From: an uncultured Acidobacteriota bacterium
GTDB taxonomy: Bacteria > Acidobacteriota > Vicinamibacteria > Vicinamibacterales > UBA2999
Direction of reading: 5' to 3'
Assembly (NCBI GenBank): GCA_963793705.1
Contig: CAWCBC010000013.1
Location: 14,600 to 78,599 of the forward strand
Length of the DNA: 64,000 nt
Under the pieces are notes generated by a model. That model worked only from the letters and a program-made list of their open reading frames with translations, made no database searches and had not been told where the DNA came from. A program made the translations under genes and the position numbers. Each line of letters starts with the position of its first letter. Position 1 is the stretch's first letter. Shown piece after piece: positions 40,110-49,144 of the stretch.

Positions 40110-40799
40110 CTATTCTAGCCGCCACGGGGCGGGCACCGCCGGCTGCCGTACCAGGTATCGGACTTCGTCGGCAAAATCCGCCCGCCGGACGTCCCGCGCG
40201 CCCAGCGAGGCCAGGTGCTGAGTGGACATCTGGCAGTCAATCATCGGCATGCTCCACGCCTCGAGCTGCCGCGCCAGCCGCACGAGCGCGACTTTCGACG
40301 CGTCGCTGACGCGCGTGAACATCGATTCGCCGAAGAACATCCGTCCGACGGCAACGCCGTACAGGCCGCCGACCAGCGAATCACCCTGCCAGGCCTCGAC
40401 CGAATGGGCGTGGCCAAGCTCGGCCAACCGCACGTAGGCCTCTTCCATCGCGGGCGTGATCCAGGTGCCCTCGTGATCCCGGCGTGACTCGGCGCACGCT
40501 CGGACGACCTCGGGAAACGCCGCGTCGAGCGTGACGCGGAATCGATTGGCCCGGACGACCTTGGCCAGCGAGCGGGAGACGTGCACCTCGCGCACGTAGA
40601 GGACCATCCGCGGGTCGGGGCTCCACCACAGGATCGGATCGTCCTCGCCAAACCAGGGAAAGATCCCTTCCGCGTACGCGGCGAGCAGCCGCTCCGGCGA
40701 GAGGTCGCCTCCGGCCGCGAGCAGGCCGTTCGGCTCGCGCAGCGCAGCGTCCACGGGCGGAAAACGGATCGGCAGGATGAAAGAAACGGGATCACGCAT
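40110..40799 (-). CDS. aat: Leucyl/phenylalanyl-tRNA--protein transferase
   Basis: GLLAAGGDLSPERLLAAYAEGIFPWF...PILWWSPDPRMVL...HVSRSL...GTWITPAMEEAY..LGHAHSVEAW....LVGGLYGVAVGRMFFGESMF matches the Aat pattern. Confidence 0.9.
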   Translation of the reverse strand: MRDPVSFILPIRFPPVDAALREPNGLLAAGGDLSPERLLAAYAEGIFPWFGEDDPILWWSPDPRMVLYVREVHVSRSLAKVVRANRFRVTLDAAFPEVVRACAESRRDHEGTWITPAMEEAYVRLAELGHAHSVEAWQGDSLVGGLYGVAVGRMFFGESMFTRVSDASKVALVRLARQLEAWSMPMIDCQMSTQHLASLGARDVRRADFADEVRYLVRQPAVPAPWRLE

Positions 40800-40811
40800 G
40801 GATCGCCGATC

Positions 40812-40849
40812 CTTGCATTGTTGGCATTTTGCATCTTGAATTTTGCATT
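40812..40849. repeat. TTGCAT-type repeat in the divergent aat/gluQ intergenic region
   Basis: ccttgcat tgttggcat tttgcat cttgaat tttgcat read directly. Less GC-rich than its flanks; likely a divergent promoter region. Confidence 0.6.
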
Positions 40850-40856
40850 ACACGCC

Positions 40857-41804
40857 GTGCAACCCACCACCCGCTTCGCTCCCTCGCCCACCGGCTATCT
40901 GCACCTCGGTCACGTGGTCAACGCGATCTACGTCTGGGGTCTGGCACGCGCACGTGGCGGGCGTGTGCTCCTGCGCATCGAGGATCACGACCGGATCCGC
41001 AGTCGTCCGGCGTTTGAACACGCGATCCTCGAGGATCTGTCGTGGCTTGGTTTCGTTCCCGACGAAGGCCTGGACCCGGTTCGCCGGCAGAGCGACAACG
41101 GAACCGCTTATGCCGAGGCGCTGGCCACACTGCAGGCGACCCACCATGTCTACGCATGCGACTGCTCACGAAAGGAGATTCGGAGGAGACCGTTATCCGC
41201 GGGACGTGTCGCGGCCCAGAACGCCTCAAGCCGGGCGACGATGTCGCGCGAGGCACGGGTGTCCGCGTGGTGCTGGATGACACGCCAGAGCACTTCGTCG
41301 ACGGGGCCCTCGGGGACATCGTGCAGACGCCGGCGGAACAGTGCGGCGATGTCCTCCTCAAGGATCGCGACGGCAACTGGACCTACCAGTTCGCGGTGAC
41401 CGTGGACGACATGAACGACGCAGTGGATTTCGTCGTCCGCGGGCTCGATCTGCTCTCGTCGACCGGCCGGCAGATCAAGCTCGCCCGAATGCTTGGACGA
41501 CCACGTCCGCCAGCCTTCTTTCATCACCCGCTCATCATCAAACCGGACGGCGAGAAGCTCAGTAAGGCCAGCGGCGATACCGGGGTGCGGGAGCTGAGGG
41601 CGGCCGGCATCGGGCCGGCGGCCGTGATCGGGCGCGCGGCCGCGGCCGTCGGGCTCATCAGTCGCGAGGGACCCATCGAGGCCGATGCAGTCTGGGGGCT
41701 TACTCGCGCGCCTCCGAACGAGGACGAACATGACGAAGCCCGAAAGGAATTACGCGAAAACTCCTCGCGTTTCCTTGTCTCGCCGTGGCCTTGTTCGTGC
41801 TTAA
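40857..41804 (+). CDS. gluQ: Glutamyl-Q tRNA(Asp) synthetase; frame corrections near 41170 and possibly at G5 41694-41698; 3' end tentative
   Basis: TRFAPSPTGYLHLGH (HIGH-type), RIEDHD, YACDCSRKEI, YQFAVTVDDM...VVRGLDLLSSTGRQI, HHPLI...GEKLSKA (KMSKS-type). Pieces are in ORFs 40581..41399 and 41042..42187. Confidence 0.8.
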
Positions 41805-41875
41805 CTGGGAAGGGTTCTGGGAACGGCTTATGCTTTCGCGACGGTCCGTACTGCGAGCAACACTGTGAGGCACTG

Positions 41876-44800
41876 ATGACTCTTCGATCCGTTTTCATCC
41901 TGCTCGCGCTGGCGGTCCTGGGCAGCGCTTCGACTGCACAGGCGCAGTATTTCGGGCAGAACAAGGTCCAGTACCGAGAAGTTCGATTTCAAGGTGAAGT
42001 CGACCGACCACTTCGACATTTACTACTACCCGGAGGAGCAGCAGGCGGTCGAACTCGCCGCGCGCATGGCCGAACGGTGGTACGCGCGCCTCTCGCGAGT
42101 GCTTCGCCACGAGCTCAGCTCACGGCAGCCGATCATCCTCTACGCGGCACATCCCCACTTCCAGCAGACCAACGCGATCTCGGGTGACATCGGCGAGGGC
42201 ACCGGCGGCGTCACCGAGATGTTCAAGCGCCGCGTGATCCTGCCGTTCGCGGGCGGCCTCGCGGAAACGGATCACGTCCTCGGCCATGAGCTGGTCCATG
42301 CCTTTCAGTACGACATCGCCGCGGCTGAAGACATCGAGGGCCGTCCCGACGGGCCAGGCGTACTGAGTCTCCCGCTCTGGTTCATCGAGGGCATGGCGGA
42401 GTACCTGTCGCTGGGTCCGATCGACGCTAACACCGCGATGTGGATTCGCGACGCGTCGAGCCGCGAAAAGATGCCGACGATCAAGAAGCTCAGCGATCCG
42501 GACTTCTTTCCGTATCGATACGGCCATGCCTTCTGGGCGTACGTCGCCGGACGCTGGGGCGATTCGGCCGTCGGCGACATGCTGCGCGCCACCGGTCCCA
42601 GCGGAAACATCGACGAGGCGCTGGCGAACGTGCTGGGCACCGACGAAGAGACGCTGACCAAAGACTGGCACGCGGAGACACGCAAAACCTACGCCTCGCT
42701 GTTCGAAACCACGCGCAGACCGGAGACGTTTGCCCGGCTGCTGGAGAACGAAAAAACAAGCGGCGGAGACCTGAACCTGGCGCCGTCGATCAGCCCCGAC
42801 GGCAAGCGCATGGTGTTCCTCTCGGAGCGGTCGCGGCTGTCGATCGACATGTTTCTCGCCGACGTCGAAACCGGCAAGGTGATTCGGCAGCTCACCAAAA
42901 CGGCTGGCGACCCGCATTTCGACAGCCTCGAGTTCCTCGCCTCCTCCGGCGACTGGGCGCGAGACAACAAGCGCTTCGTCTTCTCGGCCCTCAGCAAGGG
43001 TCAGCCCGTGCTGACGATCATCGACGTCGACAACGGCAAGCGCCTGCTCGAGCACGAGTTCCCGGAGATCGGTGAAATCTTCAATCCGGCGTGGTCGCCA
43101 ACCGGGGAGCAGATCGTGTTCTCTGGACTGAAGGGCGGCGTGCTCGATCTGTTCCTCTTCGACATCACCGCGCGGACCCTCACGCAACTGACCAACGACC
43201 CGTTTGCCGACAGCGATCCGGAATGGTCGCCCGACGGGAAACAGCTGGCCTGGGTCACGGATCGCTTCTCGTCAGACATTCAGCAGCTGTCGTTCGGCAA
43301 CTACCGCATCGGCCTGATGGACGTCGGCACGCGGCAGATTCGTCCGCTGGCGGGATTCAGCACCGGGCGCAACACGAACCCGGAGTTCACCGCCGACGGC
43401 CTCGGCATGTTCTTCATCGCCACGCCCGACGGCATTCCGAACATCTATCGCACCGACCTGTCCAACGGCCGAACCACGCGCATCACCAACGTGCTCTCAG
43501 GCGTGAGCGGCATCACCCCGCTGACGCCAGCGCTGTCCGTGGCGGCGGCCGGGTCCGCCGTCGTCTTCACGGTGTTCGAGGACGACAAGTACAGCATCTA
43601 CGCGACGACGGATAAGGACACGGGCGCGGCAGCCACCACGGCCCTGAATGCGCAGAACGCGGCGATTCTGCCGCCGCTGACCAGGCGGCAGAACGAAGTG
43701 GACGTCTTGCAGATGCTGCAGACGCCGACCGCGGGATTACCCGCCGCTGCCGACTATCCGGACAAGGAGTACTCGTCGAAGCTGGGGCTCGACGTGGTGG
43801 CTCAGCCGACCGTCGGCGTCGGCGTCGATCGGTGGGGCGCCTACGGCTCTGGCGGCATCACCTTCATCTGGAGCGACGTGCTCGGCAACCATGAGCTGGC
43901 GACCACGATTCAGCTGACGAACCGCTTTGAAGAAATCGGCGGCGCGGTGATGTATCTGAATCGCACCCATCGCTGGAACTGGGGGTTCATCGCCGAGCAG
44001 TCACCGTACCCCTTCTCCGAGTTCCAGCAGGGGATCATCAACGATCCCAATTTCGGTACTGCCTTCGTGCAGCAGGAATTGCGGCTCACGCAGATCAACC
44101 GCGCGTTCACTGGCATCGCGCAGTATCCATTCAGCAGGGCGCAACGCCTCGAGTTCTCCGGCGGGGTCCGCCGCATCAGCTACTCCCAGAAGCTCGAGAC
44201 GTTCTACTATTCGCCCTTCAACGGCGCGTTCCTCGGCCGCACGAAAGAGACGCTCGAGTCGCCCGACCCGATCAATCTCGGTGAAGGGAGCGCAGCCCTC
44301 GTCTACGACACGTCGGTGTTCGGCGCCACGAGCCCGATCGTCGGCCAGCGCTACCGCTTCGAGGTGACGCAATCGACCGGCTCGCTCAACTACTCCGGCG
44401 CGATGGTCGATTACCGGAAGTACCTCATGGCCAGGCCGCTGACGCTTGCGCTCCGCGGCATGCACTATGGCCGCTTCGGCCGCGACAGCGAAGATGGCCG
44501 CCTGTCGCCGTTGTTTCTCGGATATACGAGTCTGATCCGCGGCTACGAGCCCAACTCGTTTACCGCGGAGGAGTGTCAGGTGACCGCCACCTCGACGTGC
44601 GCCCAATTCGATGAGCTGGTCGGCAGCCGCATACTCGTCGCGAATATCGAGTTGCGCGCGCCGCTCATGGGACTGTTCAGGCCGTCAGCGATGTACGGCG
44701 GCGTCCCGGTGGAAGTCGGCGTCTTCGCCGACGCCGGGCTGGCCTGGACCAGCGCCACGAAGCCGTCGTTTGCCGGCGGCGATCGCGACTGGGCGCGCAG

Positions 44801-44924
44801 CGTTGGCGCCACGATCCGCTTCAACGCGTTCGGATTCGCGGTAGGAGAGGTCGACTACGTCCGCCCGCTCGACCGTCCGGGCCGCGGCTGGATGTGGCAG
44901 TTCAATCTGATTCCTGGCTTCTAA
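41876..44924 (+). CDS. Outer-membrane fusion protein: HExxH region, TolB-like beta-propeller repeats, C-terminal Omp85/BamA-like barrel; frame correction near 41985
   Basis: Signal peptide MTLRSVFILLALAVLGSASTAQA. HVLGHELVHAFQY. Repeats SISPDGKRMVFLSE, NPAWSPTGEQIVFSG, DPEWSPDGKQLAWVTD. C-terminus ...ANIELRAPL...VFADAGLAW...SVGATIRFN...WQFNLIPGF ends in Phe. Confidence 0.75.
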
Positions 44925-44955
44925 TCGCGAAGGGCCAAGCCTGAAGGCCTAGGGC

Positions 44956-45690
44956 CTAAGGGCTGGTCAAGGCATAAGGCCTTATTCCTGGACCAGCCCT
45001 TGGGCCTTGGGCCATCGGCCTTGGCCTACTGGGCAGCGCGGCATCCACCGTCATGTAATCTTCGACCCGCTGCACTCCCGGCGTCGAGCGCGCCAGGAGC
45101 AGGGCCTGCGAGCGCTCGTTCTCGCTCGCCACCTGTCCATGCAATGTGGCAACACGGTCCGCAACCTGTACATCGATGCGCCGCGCCTTGATCGTCGGAT
45201 CGAGGAAATACTTCGCCTGGATCAGGCTCACGACCGTTGCGTCGTCTGGGGGCGCGGGCGTCGTCGCCGCGCCGGTCGTGGCAACGGGCGCTGTCGCGGG
45301 CGGGGTTGACGCAGTTTCAAACGACTGATTGGCGGGACGGCCGACCAGCAGCTGCCGGTCATCGATCTGTGTGACGCCGTCGGTGTTTCTGGTGATCTCC
45401 AGGACCTGGCGCCGGGCGTCGTCGCTCTCGACGAATCCCTTCAGCTTGACGACGCCGTCGCGTGCGGACACGTTGATGTAGCGCGACTTGATGTCCTCGT
45501 CCGCGAAAAACTGCGCCTGGATTTTGGCGGTGAGCCAGCCATCGGCGAGCTTCTCGCCGGCCTGCGCGGCTGCCCCCTTCACCTGCTCGGCGGTGCGCTC
45601 CGCCTCCTGCGTGGTCTGCGTGCGATTGCACGCTACGGCCGACAGCATCACCAGCACAGCCGTCCCTGCTAACGCTCGAGGTTTCATCAT
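44956..45690 (-). CDS. BON-domain (OsmY-like) lipoprotein with two BON domains
   Basis: Start moved to MMKPRALAGTAVLVMLSAVAC (lipobox). LTAKIQAQFFADEDIKSRYINVSARDGVVKLKGFV and SLIQAKYFLDPTIKARRIDVQVADRVATLHGQV are BON-like. Confidence 0.75.
   Translation of the reverse strand: MMKPRALAGTAVLVMLSAVACNRTQTTQEAERTAEQVKGAAAQAGEKLADGWLTAKIQAQFFADEDIKSRYINVSARDGVVKLKGFVESDDARRQVLEITRNTDGVTQIDDRQLLVGRPANQSFETASTPPATAPVATTGAATTPAPPDDATVVSLIQAKYFLDPTIKARRIDVQVADRVATLHGQVASENERSQALLLARSTPGVQRVEDYMTVDAALPSRPRPMAQGPRAGPGIRPYALTSP
44958..45001. terminator. Long hairpin (11-bp outer stem AAGGGCTGGTC plus inner palindrome ATAAGGCCTTAT) between convergent genes
   Basis: 44958-44968 pairs with 44991-45001. 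The inner 12-nt palindrome is at 44974-44985. Overlaps the last codons of the BON ORF as printed. Confidence 0.5.
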
Positions 45691-45801
45691 CTGCCTTTGC
45701 CCTCTCGCGGTTGCACTGCAAGACACGTACGAATGCCCTGAAGCGGGGCTTTTCCGGGTTTCTGAGATAGAATCTGACCCGCGCACGCTTACGAGGAAAC
45801 C

Positions 45802-46506
45802 TTGGCTGTCCGTCTGTTCATCGGGAACCTCCCCTACGGGGCCAGCGAAGCTGATCTTCGCGCCCACTTCGCGGCCGTCGCCGAACCCTCCCACGTCGTT
45901 ATGCCGGTGGATCGCGAGACCGGGCGTCCGCGCGGGTTCGCCTTCGTCGAGTTCATCGACCGCGAAAAGGCCGAGGAGGTCATCAAGAAGTTCGACGCGC
46001 AGCCGTTCCAGGGCCGCAGCCTCGCCGTCAGCGAGGCACGTGCGCGCGAAGATCGTCCGCCCGGGGGATTTGCACCTCGCCCCGGCGGTTTCAGCGGTCC
46101 GCGCCCAGGCGGTGGCGGCGGTTTCGGCGGTCCGCGCCCGGGTGGTGGCGGCGGCTTTGGCGGCCCGCGGCCCGGTGGCGGTGGTGGTTTTGGCGGCCCG
46201 CGACCAGGCGCCCCGATGGGTCCCGGCGGCCGCGATCGCAGCGCCAACTTCGGCCCTCCCGCGCCGCCCAAGCGGTTACGCGGCAAGAAGGGCGGCGCCA
46301 ACCAGGAGCACAAGCCGCGCGGTCCGATCAAAGAACGCAGCGGCGGCCGCATCTATGCGGTCGACGATCTCGATGACCCAGGCAAGGATGATCTCGACGA
46401 CATCGCGACCAGCGCGAAGGACGACGTCGAGGTTGACGTTGACGCGCCGGAGACTCCGGACGCGTCCGAGGCTCCGGACGCGCCGGACGACGACGACGAA
46501 TCGTAG
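45802..46506 (+). CDS. RRM-domain RNA-binding protein with (GGFGGPRPGGG)x4 repeat and acidic C-terminal tail
   Basis: LFIGNLPYGASEADLRAHF...RGFAFVEF (RNP2/RNP1). 33-nt tandem repeats at about 46084-46215. Tail DDLDDPGKDDLDD...DAPDDDDES. TTG start. Confidence 0.8.
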   Translation: MAVRLFIGNLPYGASEADLRAHFAAVAEPSHVVMPVDRETGRPRGFAFVEFIDREKAEEVIKKFDAQPFQGRSLAVSEARAREDRPPGGFAPRPGGFSGPRPGGGGGFGGPRPGGGGGFGGPRPGGGGGFGGPRPGAPMGPGGRDRSANFGPPAPPKRLRGKKGGANQEHKPRGPIKERSGGRIYAVDDLDDPGKDDLDDIATSAKDDVEVDVDAPETPDASEAPDAPDDDDES

Positions 46507-46537
46507 TTCCTCGCTCCCGTAGAGCCGACTGACTTAG

Positions 46538-46559
46538 GGGCCGACCTTCAGGTCGGCCC
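46538..46559. repeat. REP-like hairpin GGGCCGACC-TTCA-GGTCGGCCC
   Basis: Perfect 9-bp stem in the 60-nt gap between the RRM gene stop and the next start. GTAG occurs at 46503-46506 (containing the RRM TAG stop) and at 46519-46522. Confidence 0.75.
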
Positions 46560-46566
46560 GTTCACC

Positions 46567-47559
46567 GTGGCCAGATCCATTCCCCAAGTCATCTCGATCG
46601 CCGCGATCTGTGTCGGTCTCGGCCTGTTCGTCTTCACGCTGTTCCACATCGACGTCGAAGGAACTGTGGTCAGCGCGAGGCGTCTCGGTCTCGCCCTGCC
46701 GCTCGTGCTCCTGCCGAGCGCCGTCTGGCAGCTCCTCCGCACCTGGGGCTGGGCGATTGCGTTTCCAGACGACTCGCGGCCGACGTTCACCCGCCTCTTC
46801 CGCGTGCGCCTGGCCGCCGACGCGATCAGCTTCTTCACGGTCCGCGGGGTCACCGGTGAGCCCTTGAAGGTGCTGCTGCTCCTCGATCGCTGCCGGCCGC
46901 AGGTCACCACCGCCTCGATTGCCCTCGAGCGGCTCGCGTTTGCCATCATGAGCATCGCCATCGCCGGCCTCATCTCGTACTTCGCCGTGACGCGGCTGGC
47001 GCTGCCACGGGCGTGGGACACGGTGTTCGGGGCGCTCACGGTGATTGCCGTGCTGCTGGTGCCGCTGCTCGGCTTCATCGCGCGCCGGCGGTCGGGTGAC
47101 TATCTCGGGCGCACGGTCGCGGCCTTCGATCGGGCTACAGGCCGTCGGCTCGCCACGAGGCGGGTGGTGAAGTTCTTCCTCGACGTCGAGGACGTGCTGC
47201 TGGATCTGCTGCGCGGCGACCGCCGCCGGCTGATCATCCTGATCTGGCTGCCGATCGTCTCCTACGCCGTGATGGCGATGGAGGTCTGGATCGTCTTCTG
47301 GGCGATTGGCGAGCCGATCGGGCTGATGGAAGGGCTGACGATCGAGACGTTCACGCGCCTCAGCAGCGTCGCCTCAGCGGCGATTCCCGCGAACATCGGC
47401 GCACTCGAGGCCTCGAACGCGTCGGTGGTGACGATGCTCGGCCTGACGGGTGGAGGATCGCTGGCACTGGCGCGGCGAATCCGCGTGCTGCTCTGGGCGG
47501 CGGTGGGATTGGCGCTCTACCCCAGAATCCCTCGTGCGAGTCCTCAGGTTCGACGGTAG
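46567..47559 (+). CDS. Flippase-like / lysylphosphatidylglycerol-synthase-TM-region family membrane protein (UPF0104-like)
   Basis: About 8 TM segments. Wording such as LLRTWGWAIAF...FRVRLAADAISFFT..G.TGEPLKV is typical of the family as I recall it. Confidence 0.65.
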   Translation: MARSIPQVISIAAICVGLGLFVFTLFHIDVEGTVVSARRLGLALPLVLLPSAVWQLLRTWGWAIAFPDDSRPTFTRLFRVRLAADAISFFTVRGVTGEPLKVLLLLDRCRPQVTTASIALERLAFAIMSIAIAGLISYFAVTRLALPRAWDTVFGALTVIAVLLVPLLGFIARRRSGDYLGRTVAAFDRATGRRLATRRVVKFFLDVEDVLLDLLRGDRRRLIILIWLPIVSYAVMAMEVWIVFWAIGEPIGLMEGLTIETFTRLSSVASAAIPANIGALEASNASVVTMLGLTGGGSLALARRIRVLLWAAVGLALYPRIPRASPQVRR

Positions 47560-48245
47560 TCGAACCACTCGACGGCAAAGTCGATATTCAGCTTCCGCAC
47601 GAGCAGGGCACGGCCGTTGCCCTTGAACTTGATCGAGATCGGCAGCCAGATGTGATCGTCGATGCGTTCGCGCATCAGCGTCACCGTGCTCCCTTTGTTC
47701 AAGCGGGCGACGAAGCCGAGCCCGTAGGACAGATCGTCGATGGCCGTCGCTTCCACCTTGACGACTTCCTGCGCGGCCTCGTCGACCCAGATGAATCCGC
47801 GGAACGCCTTCGCCAGCTTTCCCTCGCGGGTCTGCGGCTTGCCGTCGCGGCGGGGCTCGAAGCGGACGACGATCGCGTTTCTGCCGTTGAGCGACTCTCG
47901 TCGGTCAATCGCAAACTGGAGCGTCGCCACGGTGTCGTCCACGGTAGACGGTCCCTCGCGGCGCACCTTCCGCTCTTCACGTTCCGGCTTGCTGTTGGGC
48001 ACCGGCTTGCCATTCTTCTCGAGCAGCTTTCGGAACGTGACGGACGGCTCCGGACCTGGCGTGACGTCGTAGACGACGACGTCGCCGGTGCCGAGGCGGC
48101 CGAATGGATTGGTGTGGAGCTCGGTGCGGCGTTCTTTGTAGGCGTAGCGATACTGCTCGCGGTTGGCGCGCGTCATGTTGTCGCGAACCGCGGCAAAGAA
48201 GGGCTCTTCCGCCGGCAGGTCGCGCTGCTGCGCCGGCCGCCTCAT
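47544..48245 (-). CDS. Hypothetical protein (possibly exported; N-terminus may extend to 48320 in another frame)
   Basis: 233-aa ORF with balanced composition. An upstream MGTRRNALVVFLLLLL signal-like segment lies in another frame and spans the hairpin CTTCCGCC-TTCA-GGCGGAAG (48260-48279). Confidence 0.5.
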   Translation of the reverse strand: MRRPAQQRDLPAEEPFFAAVRDNMTRANREQYRYAYKERRTELHTNPFGRLGTGDVVVYDVTPGPEPSVTFRKLLEKNGKPVPNSKPEREERKVRREGPSTVDDTVATLQFAIDRRESLNGRNAIVVRFEPRRDGKPQTREGKLAKAFRGFIWVDEAAQEVVKVEATAIDDLSYGLGFVARLNKGSTVTLMRERIDDHIWLPISIKFKGNGRALLVRKLNIDFAVEWFDYRRT

Positions 48246-48323
48246 CCGAAGAAGCGTGGCTTCCGCCTTCAGGCGGAAGAAGAAGGAGGAGGAAAACGAC
48301 GAGCGCGTTCCTCCTCGTTCCCA

Positions 48324-48984
48324 TCAGTTGGCGAAGCAGTAGAAGTAACCGTTGCCGCCAGTCGCGACGAGATTTGCCTGAGAGCAGCCGCTCGATCCGT
48401 GGGACGCGTTCCACGAGGTCGGGGCCGCGCCGCCACCCTGCCGGTCGTGATGGCCGACCATGGCGCTGCCCGCCTCGCTGCTGGTCCAGTTCCCGCAGGT
48501 GGCGTCGGTGTTCGGCGCCGTCGCGGGGGCCAGGGTGCCATCTGCCTGCGAGCCGGTCAGGATGTCGTGCTGGTTGGGGTTATCGCCCCTGCCGTTGACC
48601 ATCGCGCCCTTTTCCGTGAGGGAGTTCTCCTTGCTGAGGGCGTTCATGTCGGAGTGCAGATGCGCGACGTCCTTGGCGACGACCACGCCCTTCGCGTTCA
48701 TCCACGGTCCCTTGCCGATGCGGTCGCTGCGCGTTCACTGCCGGCTGTCCGCCCCGCGGCCGCGCGCTCAGATACGCGCGCCAGGTGCGGTTACCCGCGC
48801 CGGCCGCGGCCGCCAGCGTCTGGCAATGCTTGTCGGCGCCGGCAAGTCCGCCGAGGTTTGCGCCCATCCCGGGCCCGGCGCTCGTGATGAAAAAGCTCAT
48901 CTGATTCTGCTGCGCGGAGACGCCGAGCGAGGCGACGGCTGCGACCACCGCCGCTCCCAGGACGCCCGTTATCCACTTCGTCAT
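48324..48984 (-). CDS. Secreted conserved hypothetical protein (FFITS...GADKHC...YCFAN family); frame correction near 48720
   Basis: MTKWITGVLGAAVVAAVASLGVSAQ signal, MSFFITSAGPGMGANLGGLAGADKHCQTLA (48580..49104), continuing PWMNAKGVVVAKDVAHLH...HDILTGSQADG...CGNWTS...GGNGYFYCFAN (48324..48701). Confidence 0.65.
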
Positions 48985-49144
48985 GTGCACTCCTTCTGGT
49001 CCGGCTTCCGCCTTCGCGCCAAGCGCTACGGCGGACCAGGAAGCCGGACATTGTGTCGGACCCTTTAGGCCTCGTGAATCGCCGGCCATCATAGCGCGGC
49101 GCATATAATCCGCCCCGTGTCATACGCTCGGCAGTTCAGCCGGA

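Noticed and set aside
48260-48279. Hairpin CTTCCGCC-TTCA-GGCGGAAG as a member of the GTAG REP family
   Set aside because: It has the same loop type but no flanking GTAG/CTAC, and it lies within a possible signal-peptide coding segment. It is not counted as a family member.
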